64,000 nucleotides of DNA from Chitinophaga niabensis (GTDB lineage Bacteria > Bacteroidota > Bacteroidia > Chitinophagales > Chitinophagaceae). This document shows positions 24,862 to 33,797 of the stretch, piece by piece. The notes under the pieces were generated by a model, which saw nothing but the letters and a program-made list of their open reading frames with translations, searched no databases and was not told the origin of the DNA. Position numbers and translations under genes: made by a program. The stretch covers positions 119,425-183,424 of the forward strand of contig JAFIGY010000020.1 of the NCBI GenBank assembly GCA_017849435.1, written 5' to 3'. The first letter of the stretch is position 1. Every line of letters begins with the position of its first letter.

Positions 24862-26574
24862 TCACAGATGGTAAAATTTCCAGTTCGTTTTAAAATCTCT
24901 CGTTAAAGGTTGCTTTAACAATATCGCTCTGACCATTTCCACAGGCATGGCATTTTCACGAATGATAGCATCATGGAACTGCTGGTAAGTCATTTTCCCG
25001 CTTTCCACCAGCTCTTTCCGCAATGCTTCAAACTGCAGACCACCGATCATATAAGCGACCTGATACAAAGGTCCATATCCTCCCGTGAAAGAACGGCGCA
25101 CCTCTCCTTCCGCGTTGGCACGTTCGTGATTGACACGGTCCACCAGGAAATCGATGCATTGCTGCGGCGTCCACTTACCGGTATGATAGCTGAGGGAAAA
25201 GATGATGCGCGCGCAACGATGCATCCGCCAGAAAAGCATGCCGATGCGATCTTCAGGAGACTGAGGAAATTTGAGATCCCACAAAAGCCGCTCCCAGTAC
25301 AAGGCCCAGCCTTCTATCCAGAAGGGAGTGTCGAAGTTCCGGTAGGACTTGTAACGCGCATTCATGAACTGTTGCAAAGCATGGCCCGCCAGCAATTCAT
25401 GATGAACCGTGGCACGGGAGAAATGCGGGTTATTGCCGCGCATGCTCATCATTTTATCATCGTGGCTCATGGTGTTGGTGGGATACGAAATGATGAACTC
25501 CTCTCCTCCGAGGAAAAAAGGGCTCACCAGCTGCCGTTCGGGAGACATCATGCTCATGCGCCAGGTCTCCTCGGCCAGCGGCGGTAATGTGATCAGATGG
25601 TGCTCTTTCAGGAAGGCAATGGATTCATTGTACAACTTCATCATCGCCTCCGGTTGTCTGGATGGCGGCACGAAAGTGTTCTTCACCTTTTCCACCGCAG
25701 CTTTCCAGTTATCTCCGAAACCCATTTCGCGGGAGGCTTTCAGCATCTCTGCATCACACCAGGCAAATTCCTTGTTCGCAATCGCGATCAGTTCTTCAGG
25801 CGTGTAAGGGATCATCTCCAGCTGCAACTGCCGGATGATCTCTTCCCTGCCGATAGGATAACCGATGATACCGCTGCCATCATCTTTCTGGGAGGAAGCA
25901 TTCTTTCCCTTTGCATTGAAGAGATTTGCATAATCTTCCAGCAGGCCGTCGAGGCGTTTATAAGGTGCAGGAACCCACCAGCTGAAGAGCGGATCGTAGC
26001 CATTGTAAAAATCATAAGTGCTTTTCAAAGCCGCCTGCAAACCCTTGGCAATACCGGAAGCCCTGCGGCTCAAGGCGAGAGAGAAAGAACTGTCTTTCTG
26101 CAGGGCTGCCTTCCTCTGCTCGATCTCTTTAGCGATATTGTTCAATTCCACTGCCAGCTTTTCCGCATCCGGCACAGTTCCCCGGCGACGGACCTTTTCG
26201 ATGGCATAAATGCGTTCTGCGAAAGGGAACCATTTTTCCACCTGCGTATATTCTTTCTTTTCCTGATCCAGCTGATACAATTCACTTTTCAGATCGCGCT
26301 GAAAAAGAGTGTAATCTACCCGCGAACCAACCGGCAATTGCTCGAAACCAAGCGCCGATAATCGCTTCAGATAATCCTCCTGCAGCGTCTTCATCCGTTC
26401 CCTGCGTTCGGGAGAATTGCGGATGGCGTAGAAGCGGTTCAATGCGCCTCTGTCCGCATAATACTGCACCATGATGTTATTCACCTCACTGGACTGGTTG
26501 TAAAGATCCGTATCCTGCGCATAGGTAAGGAACTGTGCCAGTAACAGACTGATACAGCAAAGCAGTTTTCTCAT
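24862..26574 (-). CDS. DUF885 domain protein (putative metallopeptidase-like), secreted
   Basis: 570 aa with signal peptide MRKLLCCISLLLAQFLTYAQ. It has a DUF885-type HExx(x)GH segment (TVHHELLAGHALQ). It is the last gene of the hydroxyproline operon, 19 nt from the previous gene. Confidence 0.7.
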   Translation of the reverse strand: MRKLLCCISLLLAQFLTYAQDTDLYNQSSEVNNIMVQYYADRGALNRFYAIRNSPERRERMKTLQEDYLKRLSALGFEQLPVGSRVDYTLFQRDLKSELYQLDQEKKEYTQVEKWFPFAERIYAIEKVRRRGTVPDAEKLAVELNNIAKEIEQRKAALQKDSSFSLALSRRASGIAKGLQAALKSTYDFYNGYDPLFSWWVPAPYKRLDGLLEDYANLFNAKGKNASSQKDDGSGIIGYPIGREEIIRQLQLEMIPYTPEELIAIANKEFAWCDAEMLKASREMGFGDNWKAAVEKVKNTFVPPSRQPEAMMKLYNESIAFLKEHHLITLPPLAEETWRMSMMSPERQLVSPFFLGGEEFIISYPTNTMSHDDKMMSMRGNNPHFSRATVHHELLAGHALQQFMNARYKSYRNFDTPFWIEGWALYWERLLWDLKFPQSPEDRIGMLFWRMHRCARIIFSLSYHTGKWTPQQCIDFLVDRVNHERANAEGEVRRSFTGGYGPLYQVAYMIGGLQFEALRKELVESGKMTYQQFHDAIIRENAMPVEMVRAILLKQPLTRDFKTNWKFYHL

Positions 26575-26593
26575 GATAAAAGATTTTGTGTAT

Positions 26594-27838
26594 TCAAAAA
26601 CGTTCAGGGTTAAAAGGCTGAATGTCCATACTCAAAGGAGTTTCATTTACCAGCTCGCTTACGAGTTTTCCGGTTCCCGCGCCCAAACTTAATCCCAGCA
26701 TGGAATGGCCTGTTGCCAGCACACAGTTGTCCAGCTTCTTCAACCGCCCGATATACGGCAAACCATCGGCAGAGCAAGGGCGATAACCAAACCATACCTG
26801 TTCTTTCGCCGGTAATGGTATATCATATTCCGGGATAAAATTCCTGACCGCCCGGAGAATACCCTTCACCCGGTTCATGTTCGGAGGAGCATTCAACCCG
26901 GTGATCTCCATGGTACCGCCAAAGCGGATCTTGTTGCCGTTCATCGGTGTGATGGCTACACGGCCTTCTGTGAGTATAGCCGGATGATGGAGATGGTAAG
27001 GCGCATCTTCGTAAGTTACCGAATATCCCCTTCCGCCTACCAATGGCAGATTCAGGCCTATCTTCGCTGCCATTTCCCGGCTCCATGATCCTGTTGCGAT
27101 CACTACCATGTCACTTTCGTATGTGCTTCTCCGTGTGGTCACTTTTTTTATCTTCCCCTCCCCTTGCTCAAAACCCGTCACTTCTTCATCCGGTACTAAT
27201 TGCACGTTTTTTTCCTTCAATATCTGCAACAGATTCCGCATGAGCTTATTGGGATAGAGATGTGCATCGCATTTAAAATAAATAGCGCCGAGGATATTCA
27301 GTTTTACCTGCGGCTCCAGGGCCTGCACCTGTTCAGCAGTAAGATATTCAGCATCCAGCCCCAATGCCAGCGCTTTTTCCACCGTATGATGCGCATGCTC
27401 TGCGTTCAACGGAGTCTGGAACATCTCCAGCAAACCTTTCTGTTCGTAAGCAAAATCAAATCCGGGTTGCCGTAGCCAGTCCTCGTACGTCCGCTTGCTC
27501 AGCACGGCAATATCCCGCAAAGGCACGGCACTGCGTTCCACATGCTGCGCATTGGCGCTGCGCATGAACTTCAAACCCCAGTCGATCAGCCCGAAGTTCA
27601 GACGGGGCTTCACGTAAAAAGGACTTTCAGGATTCAGCATCCACTTAAATCCCTGTTTCACGATGCCCGGCGCTGCCATGGGAATGAAATGGCTTGGACA
27701 AACATACCCTGCATTGCCATACGAGCAATTGTTCTGAAAATCGCCTTTATCGATCACGGTAACATTCCAGCCGCTTTGTTGCAGAAAGTAAGCCGAGCTT
27801 AATCCGATAATGCCTCCACCGATAACAATAACGTTCAT
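26594..27838 (-). CDS. FAD-dependent oxidoreductase (D-amino acid dehydrogenase family; candidate cis-4-hydroxy-D-proline dehydrogenase)
   Basis: The N-terminus has the dinucleotide fold MNVIVIGGGIIGLSSAYFL and the length is that of the DadA/DAO family. The specific role is inferred from operon context. Confidence 0.75.
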   Translation of the reverse strand: MNVIVIGGGIIGLSSAYFLQQSGWNVTVIDKGDFQNNCSYGNAGYVCPSHFIPMAAPGIVKQGFKWMLNPESPFYVKPRLNFGLIDWGLKFMRSANAQHVERSAVPLRDIAVLSKRTYEDWLRQPGFDFAYEQKGLLEMFQTPLNAEHAHHTVEKALALGLDAEYLTAEQVQALEPQVKLNILGAIYFKCDAHLYPNKLMRNLLQILKEKNVQLVPDEEVTGFEQGEGKIKKVTTRRSTYESDMVVIATGSWSREMAAKIGLNLPLVGGRGYSVTYEDAPYHLHHPAILTEGRVAITPMNGNKIRFGGTMEITGLNAPPNMNRVKGILRAVRNFIPEYDIPLPAKEQVWFGYRPCSADGLPYIGRLKKLDNCVLATGHSMLGLSLGAGTGKLVSELVNETPLSMDIQPFNPERF

Positions 27839-27853
27839 GCCTATACGATTTTT

Positions 27854-28867
27854 TTAAAGGACCTGGAATCCGTACGCATAGGGATCGTCATCCGGATCTA
27901 TGCTGATGGTGTTGTATCCGTAAACTCTTGCCCATCCTTCAATGCTCGGGCGGATAGCGGGCTTTCCGGCTACGGTGGTTTCTTCCTCTATACGCCCGGT
28001 AAACGTTGAACCGATGATACTTTCATGGATAAAGGCGTCTCCTTTCTTCAGCTTCCCCTTTGCGTACCATTGCGCCATGCGGGCGGAAGTGCCGGTACCG
28101 CAGGGGGACCGGTCAATGGCCTTGTCTCCGTAAAAAACGGCATTCCGCGCCGTAGAAGCCGGATCCATTACCGCGCCCGTCCACAATACATGCGAGCAAC
28201 CGCGAATGGTAGGATCGTCCGGGTGGACAAAACTATATTTTTCGTTGATGCGTTTCCGTAATTCCCTCGCCCAACTGATCAATTTATCCGCCGGATAATG
28301 CTCCAGCCCTGCAAAATTCCGTTGCACATCCACGATCGCATAGAAGTTGCCGCCATAGGACACATCAAACACCAACTCTCCCAGCTCAGGACAGTCTATG
28401 GTCAGATCAACAGCTTCGAGGAAGGAAGGAACGTTGGTCAGTTTCACGGAGCGCACTTTGTTACCGATGGTCTGGTAACTGATATGCACCAGTCCTGCCG
28501 GTGTCTCCATCCGCACCGTTCCATGCTGTTTCGGCAAAAGAAGCCCTTCTTCAATGGCGATGGTGATCGTGCCGATGGTACCATGGCCGCACATGGGCAG
28601 GCAGCCGCTGGTTTCGATGAACAGCACTGCAACATCATTCTGCGAATCGTGCGGTGCGTAGAGGATACTGCCGCTCATCATATCATGCCCCCGCGGTTCA
28701 AACATCAGGCCTTTCCGGATCCAGTCGAATTCTTCCAGGAAGTGCTGTCTTTTTTCGCTCATGTTATTGCCTTTCAGCACCGGTCCGCCTCCGGCTACCA
28801 GTCGTACCGGGTTTCCGCAGGTATGGGCGTCGATGCAGAAGAAGGTTTTTTTGCCTGAGGGTTTCAT
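27854..28867 (-). CDS. Proline racemase family protein, 4-hydroxyproline 2-epimerase type
   Basis: Both catalytic cysteines of the racemase/epimerase subclass are present: LPMCGHGTIG and DRSPCGTGTSA. Confidence 0.85.
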   Translation of the reverse strand: MKPSGKKTFFCIDAHTCGNPVRLVAGGGPVLKGNNMSEKRQHFLEEFDWIRKGLMFEPRGHDMMSGSILYAPHDSQNDVAVLFIETSGCLPMCGHGTIGTITIAIEEGLLLPKQHGTVRMETPAGLVHISYQTIGNKVRSVKLTNVPSFLEAVDLTIDCPELGELVFDVSYGGNFYAIVDVQRNFAGLEHYPADKLISWARELRKRINEKYSFVHPDDPTIRGCSHVLWTGAVMDPASTARNAVFYGDKAIDRSPCGTGTSARMAQWYAKGKLKKGDAFIHESIIGSTFTGRIEEETTVAGKPAIRPSIEGWARVYGYNTISIDPDDDPYAYGFQVL

Positions 28868-28898
28868 CTACTCAAAATAATAAAAAAGTAAAAAGATT

Positions 28899-30341
28899 TT
28901 ATGTGTTCTTCCATTCATTGTTCCAGAGCCGCCAGATCTTCCGCGGATTGGCGTTCTGCAATTCCGGCGGGAGCAATGCATCCGGAAATCCCTGGAAGCA
29001 GACCGGCCTCACCCAGCGCCGGATAGCGCCGGTGCCTACAGAGGTGAATCGCGCGTCCGTAGTGGCCGGATAAGGTCCCCCGTGTACCATGCTGCTGCAA
29101 ACTTCCACACCGGTAGGCACATCATTGATGATCACTCTGCCGGCCAGAGAGGTTTGCAATGCGATAATATCACGGTGCGCGGCAAGATCCGCGTCTGTTC
29201 CCATGATCGTGGCGGTAAGCTGACCTTTCACACTTTCCAGCACCTGCTTCATTTCGGTTTTATCCCTGCAAACCACTGCCAGTGAAAATGGACCGAAGAC
29301 TTCCTCTCTGAAATGCGGTGTGCTCAGGAAGCCGGCTGCACTTACGCGCGCCAGCGCAGGTGAAGGCATTACATCACTTTTAAAGATATGCCTGATCCCC
29401 TGCTGCTGCAACATCGTATGCAAACCCTCCGAATAATTGGACAGGATCCCTTCATGCAACATCTCCTGCGGCTGCACCGCGCTGATCTCTTCCCCCAGCT
29501 GTTGGAGAAATACTTCCAGCGCCTCACTTTCTACCGCCACCAGCAAACCGGGATTGGTACAGAATTGCCCCATGCCCAGGGTGATGGAGGCTGCGTATGT
29601 TTTGGCCAGTGCGAAGGCGTTTTGCCGAAGGGTGTCAGGCAGCAGCACTACGGGATTAATGCTGCTCATTTCGGCAAACACAGGTATCGGCCGCTCTCTT
29701 TCCGCTGCATAGTGTACCAGCGCAGTTCCCCCGTTGAGCGAACCGGTAAAGCCAACGCCGGTCGTATGAGGATGCATCACCAATTCCCGGCCTACAGTGT
29801 TTCCCGCTCCCAACACATGCTGTACGGTATGCGCCGGCATGCCTGAGTGCGCAATGGCCGCCTGTATTGCTGCAAAAACCAGTGAAGAAGTGCCGGCATG
29901 CGCAGAATGTCCTTTCACCACTACCGTTGAACCGGAAGCCAATGCACTGGCGGTATCACCACCTGCTGTCGAAAAAGCAAAAGGAAAATTACTCGCCCCG
30001 AAAACCACTACCGGTCCTACCGGCATCAACATCCGACGGGTATCGGGTTTGGGTGGCGTTCTGCCGGCATCCGCCGTATCAATGGCCGCATCTACCCAGC
30101 TTCCTTCCTGCAGCAGGCGGGCAAACATCTTCAGCTGGTTGATGGTACGACTCAGCTCTCCGTTCAAACGTGGCATGGGCAGATGTGTTTCCGCATGTGC
30201 TTTTGCCGTCAGCTCTTCCCGTCCCGCTTCCAGCTGTTCCCCGATATTTTCCAGAAAACGCGCACGTTGTTCCGGGGATGTTTGATGGTATTGTGTAAAA
30301 GCGGCCTGCGACCGCTGCATGATATCATTCACCTGGATCAT
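28899..30341 (-). CDS. Aldehyde dehydrogenase (NADP+) family; candidate alpha-ketoglutarate semialdehyde dehydrogenase
   Basis: 480 aa with the catalytic Cys motif GMGQFCTNPG and the EMSSINP glutamate segment. The ATG overlaps the stop of the upstream gene by 4 nt. Confidence 0.8.
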   Translation of the reverse strand: MIQVNDIMQRSQAAFTQYHQTSPEQRARFLENIGEQLEAGREELTAKAHAETHLPMPRLNGELSRTINQLKMFARLLQEGSWVDAAIDTADAGRTPPKPDTRRMLMPVGPVVVFGASNFPFAFSTAGGDTASALASGSTVVVKGHSAHAGTSSLVFAAIQAAIAHSGMPAHTVQHVLGAGNTVGRELVMHPHTTGVGFTGSLNGGTALVHYAAERERPIPVFAEMSSINPVVLLPDTLRQNAFALAKTYAASITLGMGQFCTNPGLLVAVESEALEVFLQQLGEEISAVQPQEMLHEGILSNYSEGLHTMLQQQGIRHIFKSDVMPSPALARVSAAGFLSTPHFREEVFGPFSLAVVCRDKTEMKQVLESVKGQLTATIMGTDADLAAHRDIIALQTSLAGRVIINDVPTGVEVCSSMVHGGPYPATTDARFTSVGTGAIRRWVRPVCFQGFPDALLPPELQNANPRKIWRLWNNEWKNT

Positions 30342-31267
30342 GATGCCGTTACGTTCAGTTTTTTGTATTCCGGTAATACTGGTCTGGTAGCCAGCGCCTG
30401 CTCAATGATCCCGAGGATACGCTTGCGCTCTTCACCCACCAGCGTGAGCCGGGGCGCTCTCACAAATTCACTGCCGATGCCTGTTTGCGCTTCCGCCAGT
30501 TTGATATACTGCACCAGCTTAGGATGAATATCCAGCTCCAGCAGTGGCATAAACCAGCGATAGAGCAGCAGGGCTTCCTGTATCTTTCCGGCTTTGATCA
30601 GTTTGTAAAGTGCCACGGTCTCCGCGGGGAAAGCGCACACCAATCCCGCCACCAGGCCGTCCGCGCCTGTTACGAGTTCTTCGAGGGTGAGGGTATCCAC
30701 TCCGCAAAGCAGACTGAAACGGTCTCCGAAGCGGTTCCGCATGCGGATCACGTTCGTTACATCGCGGGTAGATTCTTTCACTGCCTGTATATTATCGATC
30801 CCCGCCAGTTCTTCGAACATATCCGGCGTGATCTCCGTTTTGTAATCCACCGGGTTGTTATACAGCATGATGGGTAGCTCCGTGGAAGCGGCCACTACGC
30901 GGAAGTACTCCAGGGTTTCCCTGTCGTCGGAGCGATAGCGCATCGGTGGCAGCAGCATCAGGCCGGAAGCGCCCCATTTTTCGGCAAGGGCAGCCTGCTT
31001 CACCGCTTCTTTTGTTGCGCCTTCTGCAATATTAAGCACCACCGGTACTTTTCCGGCGATCTGCTGAACCGCATATTGCACGAGTTCCGCTTTTTCTTCC
31101 ACAGCAAGTGTGCTGGCCTCTCCCAGCGATCCGCCGAGGATCACACCTTCCACTCCCGCATCCAGTTGTGCCTGCAGGTTCTTGCCGAACAATGAAAGAT
31201 CCAGTTCATCCTCTGCTGTGAACTTGGTAGTGAGTGCGGGAAATACTCCCTTCCATCTGATTGCCAT
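30338..31267 (-). CDS. Dihydrodipicolinate synthase/N-acetylneuraminate lyase family; candidate Delta1-pyrroline-4-hydroxy-2-carboxylate deaminase
   Basis: DapA-family pattern (FPALTTKF, Schiff-base Lys in IQAVKEST). The preferred start is MAIRWKG at 31267, because a TAnnTTTG box overlaps the longer ORF-track start at 31285. Confidence 0.8.
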   Translation of the reverse strand: MAIRWKGVFPALTTKFTAEDELDLSLFGKNLQAQLDAGVEGVILGGSLGEASTLAVEEKAELVQYAVQQIAGKVPVVLNIAEGATKEAVKQAALAEKWGASGLMLLPPMRYRSDDRETLEYFRVVAASTELPIMLYNNPVDYKTEITPDMFEELAGIDNIQAVKESTRDVTNVIRMRNRFGDRFSLLCGVDTLTLEELVTGADGLVAGLVCAFPAETVALYKLIKAGKIQEALLLYRWFMPLLELDIHPKLVQYIKLAEAQTGIGSEFVRAPRLTLVGEERKRILGIIEQALATRPVLPEYKKLNVTAS

Positions 31268-31282
31268 TGATTTCTTTTTTTT

Positions 31283-31290
31283 CAAAAATA
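31283..31290 (-). promoter_or_regulatory. Bacteroidota -7 promoter box for the hydroxyproline operon
   Basis: Forward CAAAAATA reads TATTTTTG on the minus strand, 16 nt upstream of the ATG at 31267. Confidence 0.4.
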
Positions 31291-31348
31291 CCGGGAATGA
31301 CTTGTATCAGATAAGCGGTTTTTAATCAGTTCTACTCATATTTTGATC

Positions 31349-31389
31349 AAACAAAATTATTTTTTTGTGATTCGGGTTAAATTTTGTTT
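31349..31389. promoter_or_regulatory. 10-bp inverted repeat in the divergent hyp/AraC control region
   Basis: AAACAAAATT (31349-31358) and AATTTTGTTT (31380-31389) are exact reverse complements. The sequence is AT-rich, so chance is not excluded. Confidence 0.25.
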
Positions 31390-31401
31390 AAATTAGGGAT
31401 C

Positions 31402-32274
31402 ATGAAAGTATTACAGTTTACGATTCCTGTTGCCCATGAGAAAAACATCCTGGTACAAAAGGAGCACTTACCGCATTTCTATCCCCATTTTCATCGCCAC
31501 GACGAGATCCAGCTGACCTGGATACAACGGGGCAAAGGCACTCTTATCGCGGAAAACAGCATGCAAACTTTTCGTTCCAATGAAATATTCTGGCTGGCGA
31601 GCAATCAGCCGCATGTTTTTAAAAGTGATATGGAAGGGAAAATAACGCCGGAGGAAAAAGGCGTGCAGTCACTGACCATGTATTTCAATCCCAATGGCAA
31701 GCTCGCACCTGTATTTGAATTAACGGAACTGAAAAAGATCAGTCTTTTCATCCGGAAATTCTCGAACGGGTTCAAGGTACCCGACCATCATGTAACGGAA
31801 ATAGGCAGATTGATGGCGGATGTGGAACGTGCGCAGGGAGCGCGGCAGTTCATGTACTTCCTGTCGCTTTTAAGCTCGCTGCAATCCTTACCCGACCTGC
31901 AGCCGCTGGTATCGGGCTCCCAGCTGTCCAGCGTAAACGATGTGGAAGGTATCCGTATCGGCAATATCTATGACTACATCATGAAAAATTACGACACGGA
32001 TATCATGCTCGAAGATGTGGCCCGCCATGCCAATATGACTCCGCAGGCCTTTTGCCGGTATTTCAAGAAACATACGCGGTTGACCTTCGTGACCTTCCTG
32101 AATGAAGTGCGTATTCATGAAGCCTGTAAGAAACTCTCCGGCGGCATCAATGACAACATCTCCACCATTGCTTATCAAAGCGGGTTCAACAGCATCGCTA
32201 CATTTAACCGGGTATTCAAAAGCATCACCGGCAGGGCGCCGCGTGAGTATATGCGGGAGATGGCAGAAGGTTGA
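31402..32274 (+). CDS. AraC family transcriptional regulator (cupin-like sensor + HTH)
   Basis: The ATG at 31402 (MKVLQFTIP) is preferred over the TTG at 31384. The C-terminus is a double AraC HTH (LEDVARHANMTPQAFCRYFKK...IAYQSGFNSIATFNRVFK). Confidence 0.9.
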   Translation: MKVLQFTIPVAHEKNILVQKEHLPHFYPHFHRHDEIQLTWIQRGKGTLIAENSMQTFRSNEIFWLASNQPHVFKSDMEGKITPEEKGVQSLTMYFNPNGKLAPVFELTELKKISLFIRKFSNGFKVPDHHVTEIGRLMADVERAQGARQFMYFLSLLSSLQSLPDLQPLVSGSQLSSVNDVEGIRIGNIYDYIMKNYDTDIMLEDVARHANMTPQAFCRYFKKHTRLTFVTFLNEVRIHEACKKLSGGINDNISTIAYQSGFNSIATFNRVFKSITGRAPREYMREMAEG

Positions 32275-32278
32275 TATT

Positions 32279-32310
32279 AAAAAGGCGCAGCCCGGAGGAT
32301 ACGCCTTTTT
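32279..32310. terminator. Bidirectional hairpin terminator
   Basis: AAAAAGGCG (32279-32287) pairs with CGCCTTTTT (32302-32310), between convergent genes. Confidence 0.55.
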
Positions 32311-32333
32311 AATTGCTTATCATGTTATCGTGA

Positions 32334-33797
32334 TCAATGTACGTTGAGTTGTTTGGATTCTCCTTTGTTCTCCACGCCGATCACACCAGTGGTTCCACCG
32401 CCTTTCAATGTCAGTTCCACCGGAGCGTTCGTTTTCCACGCGCCCCTGGTGAAGTCCGGAATATCCACGCTGGTAGAGCGTTTGGACACAGACTTCTCGC
32501 TGAGCGGCACTATGCAGCTCCATGCAGCGGCATCATATACGTTCTGATCCAGCGGAAGACCGTTACGGAGACAGTCGATCAGGCGCCAGTCCATCATAAA
32601 GTCCATACCGCCGTGGCCGCCTACTTTCTTCGCGATCTCACCCACCCGTTTAACGATCTCCGGTGTATATTGTTCGTATAATTTTTTCAGTTCTTCATCC
32701 TTGATCCACTCATGACCGAAAGCGATGCGCTCCGGACTGGGCCATTTGGAAGCCACGCCTTTGGTACCGCTCACAAGGTGAATGCGGGAGTACGGGCGGG
32801 GCGAAGTTACATCATGCTGGATCATGAGGGTTTTGCCCTTGTTGGTGCGGATGGTGGTAGTGTTCATATCACCACGATAGGGCTTGCCGACGAATTCATT
32901 GAAGAAAGGATCCTGAGCGGCTTTCTCCTTCGCGGTGACACCCATCAGGAAATCGTTGCTGGACATGGAAACGAGATAATCCATTTTGTCGCCGCGGTTG
33001 ATGTTCATGCATTGCGCGATGGGACCCAGACCGTGCGTGGGATAAAGGTTTCCATTGTGGGAAGCGTTCTGGCGGAGCCTCCACATGTTCTGATACCCGT
33101 TCTTGGAGAAGTTCAGGTCGAGCAGATTGTGGATGTATGCGCCTTCTGCATGAACGAGCTCACCGAACAATCCCTGGCGGGCCATGTTAAGCGTGAGCAG
33201 TTCAAAGAAGTCGTAGCAACAGTTTTCCAGCATCATACAATGCTTTTTCGTGCGCTCGGAAGTTTCCACGAGCTTCCAGCAATCGTCCAGCGTGAGGGCG
33301 ATGGGCACTTCGGAAGCGGCGTGGCAACCATGTTCCATGGCGTACAAAGCCATAATTGTGTGGAGGTGCCAGGGTGTAGTGATGTACACCAGGTCCAGTT
33401 TTTCCTTCCCGATCATTTCTTTCCAGCCGTTCTCGCCAGAATACTCTTTGGCGGCGGGTCTTCCGGATTTAGTAACGATCTTGTTGGATTTCGTGGCGCG
33501 TTCCGGGAGCAGATCGCAGATGGCTACGATCTCTACGCCGTCGATGAAAGACATGCGCTGTACAGCGCCCGGTCCACGCATCCCCTGGCCGATGAAGCCG
33601 ATGCGCACCTTGTCGATCTTCGGAGCGGCGTATCCGCTCATGTTGAAACGTTGTTGCTTGTTAGATTGCTCCAGGGCCCTCTCCAGTTCACGATCGCTGG
33701 GGGCAAGAGTAGCGGAAGCAAATGCGGGGATCCCTGCTGCAAGGGCCCCGGAACCTACCGCCAGCTGGCGGAGGAAATTTCTGCGGTTAGAACTCAT
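32334..33797 (-). CDS. Gfo/Idh/MocA family oxidoreductase with Tat signal (GH109-like architecture)
   Basis: Twin-arginine signal MSSNRRNFLRQLAVGSGALAAGIPAFA, followed by the Rossmann segment VRIGFIGQGMRG. Confidence 0.8.
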   Translation of the reverse strand: MSSNRRNFLRQLAVGSGALAAGIPAFASATLAPSDRELERALEQSNKQQRFNMSGYAAPKIDKVRIGFIGQGMRGPGAVQRMSFIDGVEIVAICDLLPERATKSNKIVTKSGRPAAKEYSGENGWKEMIGKEKLDLVYITTPWHLHTIMALYAMEHGCHAASEVPIALTLDDCWKLVETSERTKKHCMMLENCCYDFFELLTLNMARQGLFGELVHAEGAYIHNLLDLNFSKNGYQNMWRLRQNASHNGNLYPTHGLGPIAQCMNINRGDKMDYLVSMSSNDFLMGVTAKEKAAQDPFFNEFVGKPYRGDMNTTTIRTNKGKTLMIQHDVTSPRPYSRIHLVSGTKGVASKWPSPERIAFGHEWIKDEELKKLYEQYTPEIVKRVGEIAKKVGGHGGMDFMMDWRLIDCLRNGLPLDQNVYDAAAWSCIVPLSEKSVSKRSTSVDIPDFTRGAWKTNAPVELTLKGGGTTGVIGVENKGESKQLNVH

